DNA from: Tubulanus polymorphus
Lineage: Eukaryota > Animalia > Nemertea
DNA: 64,000 nucleotides
Direction of reading: 5' to 3'
Assembly (NCBI RefSeq): GCF_964204645.1
Contig: NC_134030.1
Span: 3,886,778-3,950,777, forward strand
Of this stretch, positions 33,871 to 48,549 are shown piece after piece; within the stretch, counting starts at the first letter, position 1; the number at the start of each line of letters is the position of its first letter. Below the pieces are notes generated by a model, which worked only from the letters and a program-made list of their open reading frames with translations, ran no database searches and was not told where the DNA came from. A program made the position numbers and the translations under genes.

Positions 33871-36451
33871 TGTCTTAAAGGAAAATTGTTAAGTTCATAA
33901 CAATCGAGCAACTCGGTAATAGACACCGCTCTGATAAAGTAACGTCTTCTGGTCCTCGATTGCGGTCTGAATTGCAAGAATTGTGTTAAGCAATTTAAAT
34001 ATGGTTGATAGAGCGTGGAATTGTTTCCATGTAGGCATGCAATGCACAAAACACACATCAGATTAAGGCTGTTGAGAGGGAATTATCAATAGATTTAAGA
34101 AATCGACGATGAATTTGGTTTCAAGAGGTTGATCATTCATATGGCAGTTAATCAGATCAGGTTCTCAGGCACTTCCTTGGTCCCCAAAAACTGCATAAGT
34201 TGTATCAAAGTATGTGATATAACCTACTAATTTATTACATGAAAAGAGGCTACTTGTAGTTTCTCAGCCACTTCGCAATTATTGTTGCAAAGAGGTCCCA
34301 AAATCCGACCAGCACCACCAATAGATTTCTACAGAACAGTTAGTGTTGTAATTTTTGTGGTTCCAGTTTTTTTTTCACTGTCCGAGATAATAGAAAATTC
34401 CTAAATTTTGAGTCCTTCAGTGCTGAAATTCCATTTTATCACAAATTTTAAGTTTCCTAATCTTAACTTTGCAAAAATTTGAACTTTTCCTATTCTATTT
34501 CTTGTCAAAGATTTCATTCCAGTTCTCAAAATTATTTGCAGTTTTTTAATGTCTGCGAAATATCGTCAGTTATTTTCCTGGTTTCATATTTATTATTGCC
34601 CAAAATCATATCTCATATGAATTATTATTACTATTATTGGATTTTTTTCGCTGACTGATTATAGATCTTTTGGGGTTTGGTTTGATATTATGATTGATCA
34701 AGGTGATCCATCTAAAACTGTTTCATAAATTTTGAAATATTCATATTTGAAAACAATTTCGTTGATACTTCTAAACTAGTAATTCTACAAAAATTCTAAA
34801 AACAATTTTACACGTATCTTACGACTATTCTAGAAATGAGAATTATATCAATTTTAATGTAACTATTTTATCTGAATTTTTAATCTATTAAAGTAACTAT
34901 TTTATATCTGAATTTTGAAATACCTATGATATCTAAAAACTATTTATCTGAATTTTAATCTATTAAGGTAACTATTTTATATGTGAATTTTAAAATACCT
35001 ATGATATCGAAAAACTATTTTATCTGAATATTATACTATTTAATTTGTGTGTATTTTATCTCAAAGTATCTTTAAACTATTTTATTTGTATGTATATAAA
35101 AAAAATATTTCATTTGTATATATTTTAAAACTATTTAATTTGTACATATTCTTTTAGAACAATGTTTTTTTTGTATTATAATACTAGCTAAAAGTTCAAT
35201 TTGATGAAATATTTTATATTTGACTATCACTGTGTATATTCTAACCTCAGTGATTTCATGAATGGAATAACTGAAGGTCCAGGTTTTATCACTGAATACT
35301 CTTTGACACAATTACGTGGTCCACAACACAGATATAAATAGTGGTTATATAAAAGGCCCGTGTTGTATATAATGCACGCATAAAGAGCTTTTACTCATAG
35401 TTGATATAGGCTCAGTAAACATGACATGTGTTCGAGAACTTTTTCTCGTACTTTTTTTACCTTTTTTCTTGAGAATTTTTTTTTTCAATTTTCTATTTTA
35501 CAACGGAAAATCTACTCATTTTTCGTAGATGTTTCACTATCATGGAATGCGATAAATAATAAGAAACAGTCCAAGTGTATTTTTGATAGGATATTTTCAG
35601 CTCTGACGTATGAAATTGACGTAGGTTATTTAAGCCTAGGTTTCGAAAATCACTACTAGGTGGCATGTCAGATTATTACCGTAGTTCAATTACATCAAAT
35701 GAATATGATAACATAACCACTTGTAGTACGAACAGTAACAACAAACTTAATTTTCCTGCACAAGATACAGAAAGTATTAGGTCCAATACTATTTCTGAAT
35801 TAGAATTTCCTCTAGCCTAAATGCTAGCGGTCATGTTATTATTTTTATCCAACATCGTCACGGCTTTTTCAAAACTCGTCTTTGATCGTAATGATAATCT
35901 ATAGTATTTTTGGAAATGATATAGATCAACACAAATTTGATGTCATCATAACAAAATATGTCGCTGAAAACATCATATGAAAAATACACTCCGATTGTTT
36001 TTTTTTATTTATTTCGTTCCATACAAAACCGTACTCAGCTCCACAGTTTGATTCGGATACAAGACTTACAAGAATTTAGATACATGAAATTACATAACTG
36101 TTGAACTGGGTTTTGTTAAGTTGTGAGCATGACATTTATAATTAATCACTAGTGTGTTTGTTTCAAGTTAGCCTTATTTTAAATTAGTTAGTTTTGGTTT
36201 AGTTATTTGTATCAATTTTTGCTGTTTTGAATTTAATTCGTTCCAGTTGATTTAAGTCTAGTTTAGTTTAAGTTTTAGTTAGTTTAGGTCAAGTTGATTT
36301 ACTAAATGCAGTTAACTTAAAACCTCTGATAAACTGAGGGTCAATTTATCTTATGATAAGTTACACTCGGGTACATTAATCAATAATCCCGTTTAAGATC
36401 TCATTATTTTATGCAGTTTAGAGATTTTCACTGAATAGAATAGTAACAATA

Positions 36452-37118
36452 GAACTGAGGGTAAATTCATCATTGTTGAAATTACTCTCAAGATCATCAT
36501 TAAAACAATGAATGAACTGAGGGTAAATTCATCATTGTTGAAATTACTCTCAGGATCATCATTAAAAAAATGAATGATCTGAGGGTAAATTCATCATTGT
36601 TGAAATTACTCTCAGGATCATCATTAAAACAATGAATGAACTGAGGGTAAATTCATCATTGTTGAAATTACTCTCAGAATCATCATTAAAACAATGAATG
36701 AACTGAGGGTAAATTCATCACTGTTGAAATTACTCTCAGGATCATCATTAAAACAATGAATGAACTGAGGGTAAATTCATCATTGTTGAAATTACTCTCA
36801 GGATCATCATTAAAACAATGAATGAACTGAGGGTAAATTCATCATTGTTGAAATTACTCTCAGCATCATCATTAAAACAATGAATGAACTGAGGGTAAAT
36901 TTATCATGGTTGAAATTACTCTCAGGATCATCATAAAAACAATGAATGAACTGAGGGTAAATTCATCATTGTTGAAATTACTCTCAGGATCATCATAAAA
37001 ACAATGAATGAACTGAGGGTAAATTCATCATTGTTGAAATTACTCTCAGGATCATCATTAAAACAATGAATGAACTGAGGGTAAATTCATCATTGTTGAA
37101 ATTGCTCTCAGTTCATTG
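36452..37118 (+). repeat. 62-bp tandem satellite, copy 2, 11 units
   Basis: Same monomer, starts 36452 ... 37072. Confidence 0.95.
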
Positions 37119-37625
37119 AAAATATTTTAGCATTAACACCAGTTTTAATTACCCCTCCCCCTGTTTTCTTGTTAATTGATAGTTACATCACAAGTTATAG
37201 AATAGATGATTGGGTTTTTTTGGGACCTAAGTGTGTTCACTTTTTATCTGTAATTTATTTGTCTGTTTTGGAAGCGCTTCAATGGATTGTCTTGAGATTT
37301 TGGTTTATGCACATATCTACCCTAGACACGCATCTGCAGCCCAAAACTGACAGAGAATCAAGATAGCTGACTGGTAGCCATCATGGGAATTGAATTATAT
37401 ACAATGTTTTCATCAGTTTTGGTACCTACGCATTTTATTGCAATCAATTGCAAATTTCTAGCATTGGTTTTTGTTGTGTTTACCAAGGGCATTGAATATT
37501 GAAATTGTCAGATTCTCAAGCATTGCACATGGTGTGGGCATGGTGTCCCTGCACCCTTTGTTTTTTTTATTTTCTCACTGCTTTCAAGGTTCTCGTACAC
37601 ATTTCATGCAGCTTTTTCATTCAAT

Positions 37626-37986
37626 ATCGATGTCCTCACTTGCCAGGTTTTAATTGTCATCTGCCGAAGCTCATGCCAACACGATCCTTGGCCGCAAACT
37701 CTTCATTGATCTATTACATTGCTCAAGATTTCCTGGTTAGACAGGTTACCACTGAGCGGCCACCAATCTATGTATTAAGTGAATCGGATGCGTTGTTTTT
37801 CGCCGGTAGTTTCGCTACGCATCCGATTGACTGGATATAAAGACTGGTGGCCACTTAGCAGCAACCTGTCGACCCGAGGGATCTTGGACAACATAATGGA
37901 CCAATGAAGGGTTTGCATGCAGGGTTTGTGTAAGCGTGAGTGCCAGTGGGCGGCAATAAAACCCTGGTGATTGAGGATGTATCGAT
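37626..37986 (+). ncRNA. Long imperfect inverted repeat / candidate hairpin RNA, copy 2
   Basis: Same fold-back. The loop region differs and closes as AATCGGATGCGT...ACGCATCCGATT. Confidence 0.5.
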
Positions 37987-40281
37987 GTACATATCAACAC
38001 ATAAATAGCCAAACATTATAGGCGGCATTATTATTGGGAGGTTCACCTGGCCTAATATACTGCGCGGTAAAAAAACCACTCTTTCTGTGGTTTATAGTAC
38101 CAGTAATTGATGATCATCGAGTGAGTGATTGGCCTGGCCCAGTTATTCCAATTGGAAATCACTTTGGTTTCTGATTATGATTGGTATAAAATATTTCATC
38201 AAATCGATTGACACATTTTATCAGTACTAACACTACTTGTACGTATTTTAGATTTGTAAATAGCTTTTTATTTATCTTTCTTTTATTTTATATTATATAT
38301 TATTTTATATTCTTTTCTTTTATTTCATATTGTATTTCTTTTTAGATTTTTAATTGATTTCGATTTCTTATTGTAAATATTTTTTAGATATCCTTTTAAC
38401 TTGGGATTGTTAATGATTATTTAAACTTTTGAAAAATAATTTTAAAACTTTTAAATTTTCTTAACTTCATAATATCTATAAATCGAATAGGACTATTTTA
38501 GTGAAAATTTTGATGTAGATTTAATTGATGATTAATATTTTTAATTTTATTGAATAATTTTAGTATTCAAAACAACAGAATGAATGCATTCCATCTTAGT
38601 TTGATACTGATATTTCTTTTCACTGGTTTTTCATTGACTCATGTCGAATCTATTGTTTTAGCCACATTTGTACCTATAAGTTTGGATTAGCCCTGCCTCC
38701 TTGACATTGCTGATGGTTGATTTCAGATTTTCAGCGTCTGATAACATTTGGTATTAATTCAATGCTACGTTCTGTTTTGTTGGTTTTATTTCATATGAAC
38801 ATTTATTAAAGATGACCTTTGTCGAATACTTAGTAGTGCAGAGGTTAAAATAATTATAGATTTTATAGAATTGTCAAAAATACTGTACCTAGTAACATAT
38901 GAGTAGTGTTGCTAGTGTACCTCTATTTACAAGTTGTCCTGTGGTATGACGTTAAACTGCCTCTTTTAAACAATACGTTTTATCAATACATTTTATCAGT
39001 GATTTTTATCTGTTTGTCCTGTGGTATGACGTTAAACTGCCTCTTTTTAACAATACGTCTTATCAATACATTTTATCAGTGATTTTTATCTGTTTGTCCT
39101 GTGGTATGACGTTAAACTGCCTCTTTTTAACAGTTTTTATCATTTTTTATCGTTTTTACCCATATGTTTTATTGTTTTTACCCATATGTTTTATCATTTT
39201 TATCACCCCTTCTTTTTCTACCTGTCTCTATTCTATCCCTTTCTGTCTCTATCCTATCCCTCTCTGTCTCTATCCTTTCCCTCTCTGTCTCTATCCTTTC
39301 CCTCTCTCTATCCTTTCCCTCTTCTATCTAACCCACTAACTCTCTCTTCTTCTCTCTCTAACCCACTAACTCTCTCCTCTGCTTTCTTCCTCTCACCACT
39401 CTCCTTCCTACTCCCTCCTCTCTCTCTCTTTCTCCCTCCTCACTCTACTTTCTCTCTCTTTCTCTTCTCTCTCCCTCTCTCTCTTGTAAATGTTGTAAAT
39501 TTGTAAATAGTAGTATTTATTTCTCTTTTTGTATCTTTCTTGTAAATATTGTAAATTTGTGAATAGTGGTTTTTATTTCTCTTTTTTTAACTTTCTTGTA
39601 AATATTGTACATTTGTAAATAGTAGTTTTTATTTCTCTCTCTCTCTCTCTCTTTTTAACTTTCTTGTAAATATTGTAAATTTGTAAATATTAGTTTTTAT
39701 TTCTTTTTTTTAACTTTCTTGTAAATTTGTAAATAGAAGTTTTCATTTCTCTCTCTTTTTTTAACTTTCTTGTAAATATTGTAAATTTGTAAATAGTAGT
39801 TTTTATTTCTCTTTCTTTTCTAAACTGTCTCTTTTAAACAATACGTTTTATCAATAGATTTTATCGGCGATTATTATCTGTTTTGTCCTGTGGTGTGACG
39901 TTAAACTGCCTTTTTTAAACATATGTTTTATCAATACATTTTATCAGTAATTTTTACATACATTCGTAGCATTGATACAATTACAAAACATTAGTCCCCC
40001 CTCCTTTTGATTTGATATTTGAAAGAAGATTCTAGTTAAGCAAATAGTAGCGTCTTATATCAAAGACATTTGTCACAAGCTAAAAAGAGCATTTTATTTT
40101 ACCAGGTATATGTCAAGAAATAAGGATTGAAGTGATGTTGCGTCCTGAGATCTCTGATCTGCTAGTTTGCAAGTGTATTTAACCATCACTTGTTAGTAAA
40201 TGATTGGGTGTACTTTACTATCACTGGTTTGCAATATACTTAACCCTCATTGGTTGCAGCTGTTACAATCATCTCAACAAC

Positions 40282-41350
40282 GATTGAGCATACTTTCCCC
40301 TTATTAGTTTGAAGTATAATTCCCCCTCACTGGTTGCAGTTCACTTCATTTGTTGCAGCTATGAACAATCATCTCAATGATTGAGCATACTTTCTCCTCA
40401 CTGGTTTGAAGTATAATTCCCCCTCACAGGTTGCAGTTCACCTCATTTGTTGCAGCTATGAACAATCATCTCAATGATTGAGCATACTTTCTCCTCATTA
40501 GTTTGAAGTATAATTCCCCCTCACTGGTTGCAGTTCACTTCATTTGTTGCAGCTATGAACAATCATCTCAATGATTGAGCATACTTTCCCCTCATTAGTT
40601 TGAAGTATAATTCCCCCTCACTGGTTGCCGTTCACTTCATTTGTTGCAGCTATGAACAATCATCTCAATGATTGAGCATACTTTCCCCTCATTAGTTTGA
40701 AGTATAATTCCCCCTCACTGGTTGCCGTTCACTTCATTTGTTGCAGCTATGAACAATCATCTCAATGATTGAGCATACTTTCTCCTCACTGGTTTGAAGT
40801 ATAATTCCCCCTCACTGGTTGCAGTTCACTTCATTTGTTGCAGCTATGAACAATCATCTCAATGATTGAGCATACTTTCTCCTCACTGGTTTGAAGTATA
40901 ATTCCCCCTCACTGGTTGCAGTTCACTTCATTTGTTGCAGCTATGAACAATCATCTCAATGATTGAGCATACTTTCTCCTCATTAGTTTGAGGTATAATT
41001 CCCCCTCACTGGTTGCAGTTCACTTCATTTGTTGCAGCTATGAACAATCATCTCAATGATTGAGCATACTTTCCCCTTATTAGTTTGAAGTATAATTCCC
41101 CCTCACTGGTTGCAGTTCACTTCATTTGTTGCAGCTATGAACAATCATCTCAATGATTGAGCATACTTTCTCCTCATTAGTTTGAGGTATAATTCCCTCT
41201 CACTGGTTGCAGTTCACTTCATTTGTTGCAGCTATGAACAATCATCTCAATGATTGAGCATACTTTCCCCTCATTAGTTTGAAGTATAATTCCCCCTCAC
41301 TGGTTGCAGTTCACTTTATTGGTTGCAGCTATGAACAATCATCTCAGCAT
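40282..41350 (+). repeat. 97-bp tandem satellite, copy 2, ~11 units
   Basis: Same monomer, more homogeneous. Confidence 0.95.
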
Positions 41351-41750
41351 AGTTTCCCCTCGCTGGTTCATTGGTTGCAGTTTTCAGCTTTGGTTTGATG
41401 ATGATGAATGCTGGTTTTGTAAACAGCTCTACGCGAGCAGTTGTCAAAATGTTGAAGTCTTTGCCAGACATGGGTTTGATCTCTCTAAGAAAAAGCTTAA
41501 AAAGGGTTTTGATTAGAATACAGCACCTAATATTAAAAGTCTAGAAAAGACTGATTTACATTTGTAAAAACGCTGTGAAAGGTGTATCGCTAGATTTCTC
41601 ACATGACTCCTCTCTCTCCTCTGACAAATAAGTACGACACAAATCTTTTGTTGACTGCTGAATCAATTGATAGTAGTGAAAATTTAGTGTTCAGATACAA
41701 TGAAAGTGTGAAGTTGAGTTTTAAACGTTATGTTAGGTAGGTGTACATGC

Positions 41751-41786
<36 letters not shown>

Positions 41787-42229
41787 CTCTCCTCTCTCTC
41801 ATAAACAATTAAATAAGACACTCAATTGTTTGTATACATTTAGTTTTTTGCTGTGGTTTTCTCAATAGAAAAGTTTGAACTGCTCATTGATTGCAGCTCA
41901 TTTCAAACTATGATAAAAGTGAGGTAAAAGTGGGTGAATTACTGCTAAATCAATTGGTAGTGATGAAAGTTAAGTGTTAAAAACACTGTGAGTGAATTAA
42001 TTACTGCTTAATCAATTAGTAGTGATGAAGGTTAAGTGTTAAAAACACTCTGGGTGAATTACTGCTAAATCCATTGGTGGTGATGGAAATTAAGTGTTAC
42101 AAAACACTGTGGCTCAATTACTGCTAAATCAACCTGACCTTCTTGAATTGTCAAGTAGAACTGTGAGGTACAAGGAATTGGCAGTGACTTACAACACTGA
42201 TAGCTTATTCAAATACTGCTCGTTGCTGC

Positions 42230-45200
42230 TGTGTGTTTTTGATTTAGAGGTGATATTGAGAATTGTATCTCTTTCCCTTACCTTCGCGTATTACTACATT
42301 AAACATTATTACAATAGAATTATTACATTAAACATTATAACATCATGAATCATCCTCCTTAAATACTGCTGCTTGCTGCTGGGTGTTAATTGATACACTC
42401 TGTTTTGGGGTGATATTGAGTGCAGGAGTCTCCTCCTTCCTTCGTCAACTGTCATGTAGAAACGTGACAAACAAACTGAATTATCAGTGTGTTACAACAC
42501 TGACGACCTCCTTAAATACTGCTGCTTGCTGCTGGGTGTTAATTGATACACTCTGTTTTGGGGTGATAATGAGTTAAGGAGTCTCCTCCTTCCTTCTTCA
42601 ACTGTCATGTAGAAACGTGACAAACGAACTGAATTATCAGTGTGTTACATCACTGATGACCTCCTTCAATACTGCTGCTTGCTGCTGGGTGTTAATTCTT
42701 TGATTTAGAGGTGATATTGCGAATTGTTTCTCTTTCCCTTACCTTCTTGAATTATTACATTAAACATTATTACAATAGAATTATTACATTAAACATTATG
42801 ACATCATGAATCATTACATAATTACATTATTAAATTACACCGATGACCTCCTTTAATACTGCTGCTTGCTGCTGGGTGTTAATTGATACACTCCGTTATG
42901 GGGTGATATGAGTGCAGGAGTCTCCTCCTTCCTTCTTCAACTGTCATGTAGAAACTTGACATAAGGACTGAATTATCAGTGTGTTACATCACTGATGACC
43001 TCCTTCAATACTGCTGTTTGCTGCTGGGTGTTAATTGATACACTCAGTTTTGGGGTGATATTGGGTGCAGGAGTCTCCTCCTTCCTTCTTCAACTGTCAT
43101 GTAGAAACGTGACAAACGAACTGAATTATCAGTGTGTTACATCACTGATGACCTCCTTCAATACTGCTGCTTGCTGCTGGGTGTTAATTGATACACTCCG
43201 TTATGGGGTGATATTGAGTGCAGGAGTCTCCTCCTTCCTTCTTCAACTGTCATGTAGAAACGTGACAAACGGACTGAATTGTCAGTGTGTTACAACACTG
43301 ATGACCTCCTTTAATACTGCTGCTTGCTGCTGGGTGTTAATTGATACACTCTGTTTTGGGGTGATATTGAGTGCAGGAGTCTCCTCCTTCCTTCTTCAAC
43401 TGTCATGTAGAAACGTGACAAACGAACTGAATTATCAGTGTGTTACATCACTGATGACCTCCTTTAATACTGCTGCTTGCTGCTGGGTGTTAATTCTTTG
43501 ATTTAGAGGTGATATTGAGAATTGTTTCTCTTTCCCTTACCTTCTTGAATTATTACATTAAACATTATTACAATAGAATTATTACATTAAACATTATAAC
43601 ATCATGAATCATCCTCCTTAAATACTGCTGCTTGCTGCTGGGTGTTAATTGATACACTCTGTTTTGGGGTGATATTGGGTGCAGGAGTCTCTTCCTTCCT
43701 TCTTCAACTGCCATGTAGAAACGTGACAAACGAACTGTATCATCAGTGTGTTACATCACTGATGACCTCCTTCAATACTGCTGCTTGCTGCTGGGTGTTA
43801 ATTGATACACTTCGTTTTGGGGTGATATTGAGCGCAGGAGTCTCCTCCTTCCTCCTTCAACTGTCATGTAGAAACGTGACAAACGGACTGAATTGTCAGT
43901 GTGTTACAACACTGATGGCCTCCTTTAATACTGCTGCTTGCTGCTGGGTGTTAATTGATACACTCTGTTTTGGGGTGATATTGAGTGCAGGAGTCTCCTC
44001 CTTCCTTCGTCAACTGTCATGTAGAAACGTGACAAACGGACTGAATTGTCAGTGTGTTACATCACTGATGACCTCCTTTAATACTGCTGCTTGCTGCTGG
44101 GTGTTAATTGATACACTCTGTTTTGGGGTGATATTGAGTTAAGGAGTCTCCTCCTTCCTTCTTCAACTGTCATGTAGAAACGTGACAAACGAACTGAATT
44201 ATCAGTGTGTTACATCACTGATGACCTCCTTTAATACTGCTGCTTGCTGCTGGGTGTTAATTCTTTGATTTAGAGGTGATATTGAGAATTGTTTCTCTTT
44301 CCCTTACCTTCTTGAATTATTACATTAAACATTATTACAATAGAATTATTACATTAAACATTATAACATCATGAATCATCCTCCTTAAATACTGCTGCTT
44401 GCTGCTGGGTGTTAATTGATACACTCTGTTTTGGGGTGATATTGGGTGCAGGAGTCTCTTCCTTCCTTCTTCAACTGCCATGTAGAAACGTGACAAACGA
44501 ACTTAATAATCAGTGTGTTACAACACTGACGACCTCCTTTAATACTGCTGCTTGCTGCTGGGTGTTAATTGATACACTCAGTTTTGGGGTGATATTGGGT
44601 GCAGGAGTCTCCTCCTTCCTTCATCAACTGTTATGTAGAAACGTGACAAACTTGACATACGGACTGAATTATCAGTGTGTTACATCACTGATGACCTCCT
44701 TTAATACTGCTGCTTGCTGCTGGGTGTTAATTCTTTGATTTAGAGGTGATATTGAGAATTGTTTCTCTTTCCCTTACCTTCTTGAATTATTACATTAAAC
44801 ATTATTACAATAGAATTATTACATTAAACATTATAACATCATGAATCATCCTCCTTAAATACTGCTGCTTGCTGCTGGGTGTTAATTGATACACTCTGTT
44901 TTGGGGTGATATTGGGTGCAGGAGTCTCTTCCTTCCTTCTTCAACTGCCATGTAGAAACGTGACAAACGAACTTAATAATCAGTGTGTTACAACACTGAC
45001 GACCTCCTTTAATACTGCTGCTTGCTGCTGGGTGTTAATTGATACACTCAGTTTTGGGGTGATATTGGGTGCAGGAGTCTCCTCCTTCCTTCTTCAACTG
45101 TCATGTAGCAGTTTGACAAACGGACTGAATTATCAGTGTGTTACATCACTGATGACCTCCTTTAATACCGCTGCTTGCTGCTGGATGTTAATTGATACAC

Positions 45201-45777
45201 TTCGTTTTGGGGTGATATTGAGCGCAGGAGTCTCCTCCTTCCTCCTTCAACTGTCATGTAGAAACGTGACAAATGGACTGAATTGTCAGTGTGTTACAAC
45301 ACTGATGGCCTCCTTTAATACTGCTGCTTGCTGCTGGGTGTTAATTGATACACTCTGTTTTGGGGTGATATTGAGTGCAGGAGTCTCCTCCTTCCTTCGT
45401 CAACTGTCATGTAGAAACGTGACAAACGGACTGAATTGTCAGTGTGTTACATCACTGATGACCTCCTTTAATACTGCTGCTTGCTGCTGGGTGTTAATTG
45501 ATACACTCTGTTTTGGGGTGATATTGAGTTAAGGAGTCTCCTCCTTCCCTCTTCAACTGTCATGTAGAAACGTGACAAACGAACTGAATTATCAGTGTGT
45601 TACAACACTGACGACCTCCTTATATACTGCTGCTTGCTGCTGGGTGTTTATTGATACACTCTGTTTTGGGGTGATAATGAGTTAAGGAGTCTCCTCCTTC
45701 CTTCTTCAACTGTCATGTAGAAACGTGACAAAAGAACTGAATTATCAGTGTGTTACAACACTGATGACCTCCTTTAA
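42230..45777 (+). repeat. 141-bp higher-order satellite, copy 2
   Basis: Same A/B units in a different order and number; longer than copy 1. Confidence 0.95.
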
Positions 45778-45798
45778 TTTTAAATTTGAATTCTAAAT

Positions 45799-47490
45799 TA
45801 TTCAAAAGAGCTATCCATTGATAGCTTTGTGGTGGTTGTATCATTAAAATGGCGCTGGTGTTGGGTCTGTGTACATATTGTATCATATGTCGGTGAATTG
45901 GGATTGATTATTTTGTTTCCTGATCGTCCTTATTGCGACTTTACGTTTTAAATGTATGAATATTCAAAAGAGCTATCCATTGATAGCTTTGTGGTGGTTG
46001 CATCTTTGAAATGTCGTTGGTGTTGGTTCTGTGTACATATTGTATCATATGTCGGTGAATTGGGATTGATTATTTTGTTTCCTGATCGTCCTTATTGCGA
46101 CTTTACGTTTTAAATGTATGAATATTCAAAAGAGCTATCCATTGATAGCTTTGTGGTGGTTGTATCTTTGAAATGTCGCTGGTGTTGGTTCTCTATATAT
46201 TGAATCATATGTCGCTGAATTATGATTGTTTCTGCTTCCCGATTGTCCTCATTAGGACTTAATGTTTAGAATTTGAAAATATTGAAAAGAGTTATCCATT
46301 GATAGCTTTGTGGTGGTTGTATCTTTCAAATGTCGCTGGTGTTGGTTCAGTGTATATATTTTAATATATGTCAGTGAACTGGGATTAATTAAAAATTTGT
46401 TTCCTGATCGTCCTATAACGACTTAATGTTTTAAATGTATAAATATTCAAAAGAGCTATCCATTGATAGCTTTGTGGTGGTTTGCATCTTTGAAATGTCG
46501 CTGGTGTTGGTTCTGTATATATTGAATCATATGTCGCTGAATTATGATTGATTCTTTTTCCTGATCGTCCTTATAACGATTTAAAGTTTTGAATGTATAA
46601 ATATTCAAAGCAGCTATCCATCGATAGCTTTGTGGTGGTTGTATCATTGAAATGTCGCTGGTGTTGGTTCTGTGTACATATTGTATCATATGTAGCTGAA
46701 TTTTGATTGATTCTTTTTCCTGATCATCCTTATAACGACTTAAGGTTTTAAATGTATAAATACTCAAATCAGCTATCCATCGATAGCTTTGTGGTGGTTG
46801 TATCATTGAAATGTCGCTGGTGTTGGTTCAATGTATATATTGTAATATATGTCGGTGAATTGGGATTGATTATTTTGTTTCCTGATCGTCCTTATTGCGA
46901 CTTTACGTTTTAAATGTATGAATATTCAAAAGAGCTATCCATTGATAGCTTTGTGGTGGTTGTATCATTGAAATGTCGCTGGTGTTGGTTCTGTGTACAT
47001 ATTGTATCGTATGTCGCTGAATTATGATTGATTCTGTTTCCTGATCGTCCTTATAACGACTTAAAGTTTTAAATGTATAAATATTCATAGCAGCTATCCA
47101 TCGATAGCTTTGTGGTGGTTGTATCTTTGAAATGTCGCTGGTGTTGGTTCAATGTATATATTGTAAAATATGTCGGTGAATTGGGATTGATTGTTATGTT
47201 TCCTGATGGTCCTTATTGCGACTTTACGTTTTAAATGTATAGATATTCAAAAGAGCTATCCATTGATAGCTTTGTCGTGGTTGCATCTTTGAAATGTCGT
47301 TGGTGTTGGTTCTGTGTACATATTGTATCATATGTCGCTGAATTACGATTGATTCTGCTTCCCGAATGTCCTCATTACGACTAAACGTTTAGATTGTAAA
47401 AATATTCAGAAGAGCTATCCATTGATAGCTTTGTGGTGGTTGAATCTTTGAAATATCGCTGGTGTTGGTTCTGTGTATATATGGTATCAG
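45799..47490 (+). repeat. ~162-bp tandem satellite, copy 2
   Basis: Same monomer. Confidence 0.95.
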
Positions 47491-48549
47491 CAAATTATCA
47501 TTACATACGGAGTTGCGTTTTAAGATTGTTATATTCAAAGATGCTATTGTTTGATAGCTTAACTTTGGTTCTTTGCACCTGAAGGTTGTCAGGTGTCATT
47601 AGAAAACACTAATAGTGGGGTTGAATTAAGTTACTGCTTTCATTAGGCAGTCAAAGAAATTGTCCAAAAAGACCAATGGAGTTAAATAACATCGTTCCAG
47701 TCTTTGGGATGACAACTATCAGCTGGATTCTCCTTTCTGGATACATGTTAACTGATATTCAATTTTTATCATTTTCTTCGTGCAAAAGTTCTTAATCAAT
47801 ATATAGGTGTAAAAGAATAATAGATATGACAGAGTATAAAAGAATACTAGATATAAAAGAATGATGTAAAATAATTATAATGTCCTTTGAACTTTACATG
47901 TCAACTAAACAGTATGGGAAATACTGCTGCCTGTTAATTACTACATTCTGTTTTAAGGGTGATGATTAAAATTTGGATGAATCATTACTTTGTTCAGTAT
48001 ATGCGTTAGATAGCCCTTGAAGCAGCCAAACTGGGTCAGAGTGTTTTATCAATGCTGATAAACTCTAAACCTGAGTTAATAAAGCTTCAAAACATTGCAG
48101 CCAATTCTTTAAAAGTCTTGTCCATTATAGACTTAAAAGTGAAGATCGATCATCATAAACACCGGTGAAAACAATTGACGTCTCACTTAGCACCTGGCGT
48201 CTCACTTTGCACCTGACGTCTCACTTTGCACCTGATGTCTCACTTTGCACTGATGCATCCATGCACTAATGCACTTGCATGAAATGGCACTAAATACATA
48301 AAGACACACAAATTGTGTTTATGTATATTTCAGGGTATACACATGCACACCCGCGGGTCCATGTAGCGTGCTATCTTTCTTTGTTCGTGTGTGGAAATAA
48401 TTTGTGATAAGATTAAACACCCATTTTGTAGAGAAAAATGTGAAAGGTTAATGATTAATTGTAAAAGTGGTAGAAATTAAATGTGAAAAAATCAATGTCT
48501 GAAATAATATAGTGAAGATTCAGTCGCAGTGATTATAGAGAGATTGTAG

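Larger units (their letters stand above)
1..34197 (+). repeat. ~34.2 kb tandem unit, copy 1 (macrosatellite/segmental duplication)
   Basis: AGTTGTATCAAAGTATGTGATATAACC at 1 recurs at 34198. All blocks and ORFs recur in the same order (e.g. ORFs 1229/35426, 21343/55452, 31228/62228). Confidence 0.97.
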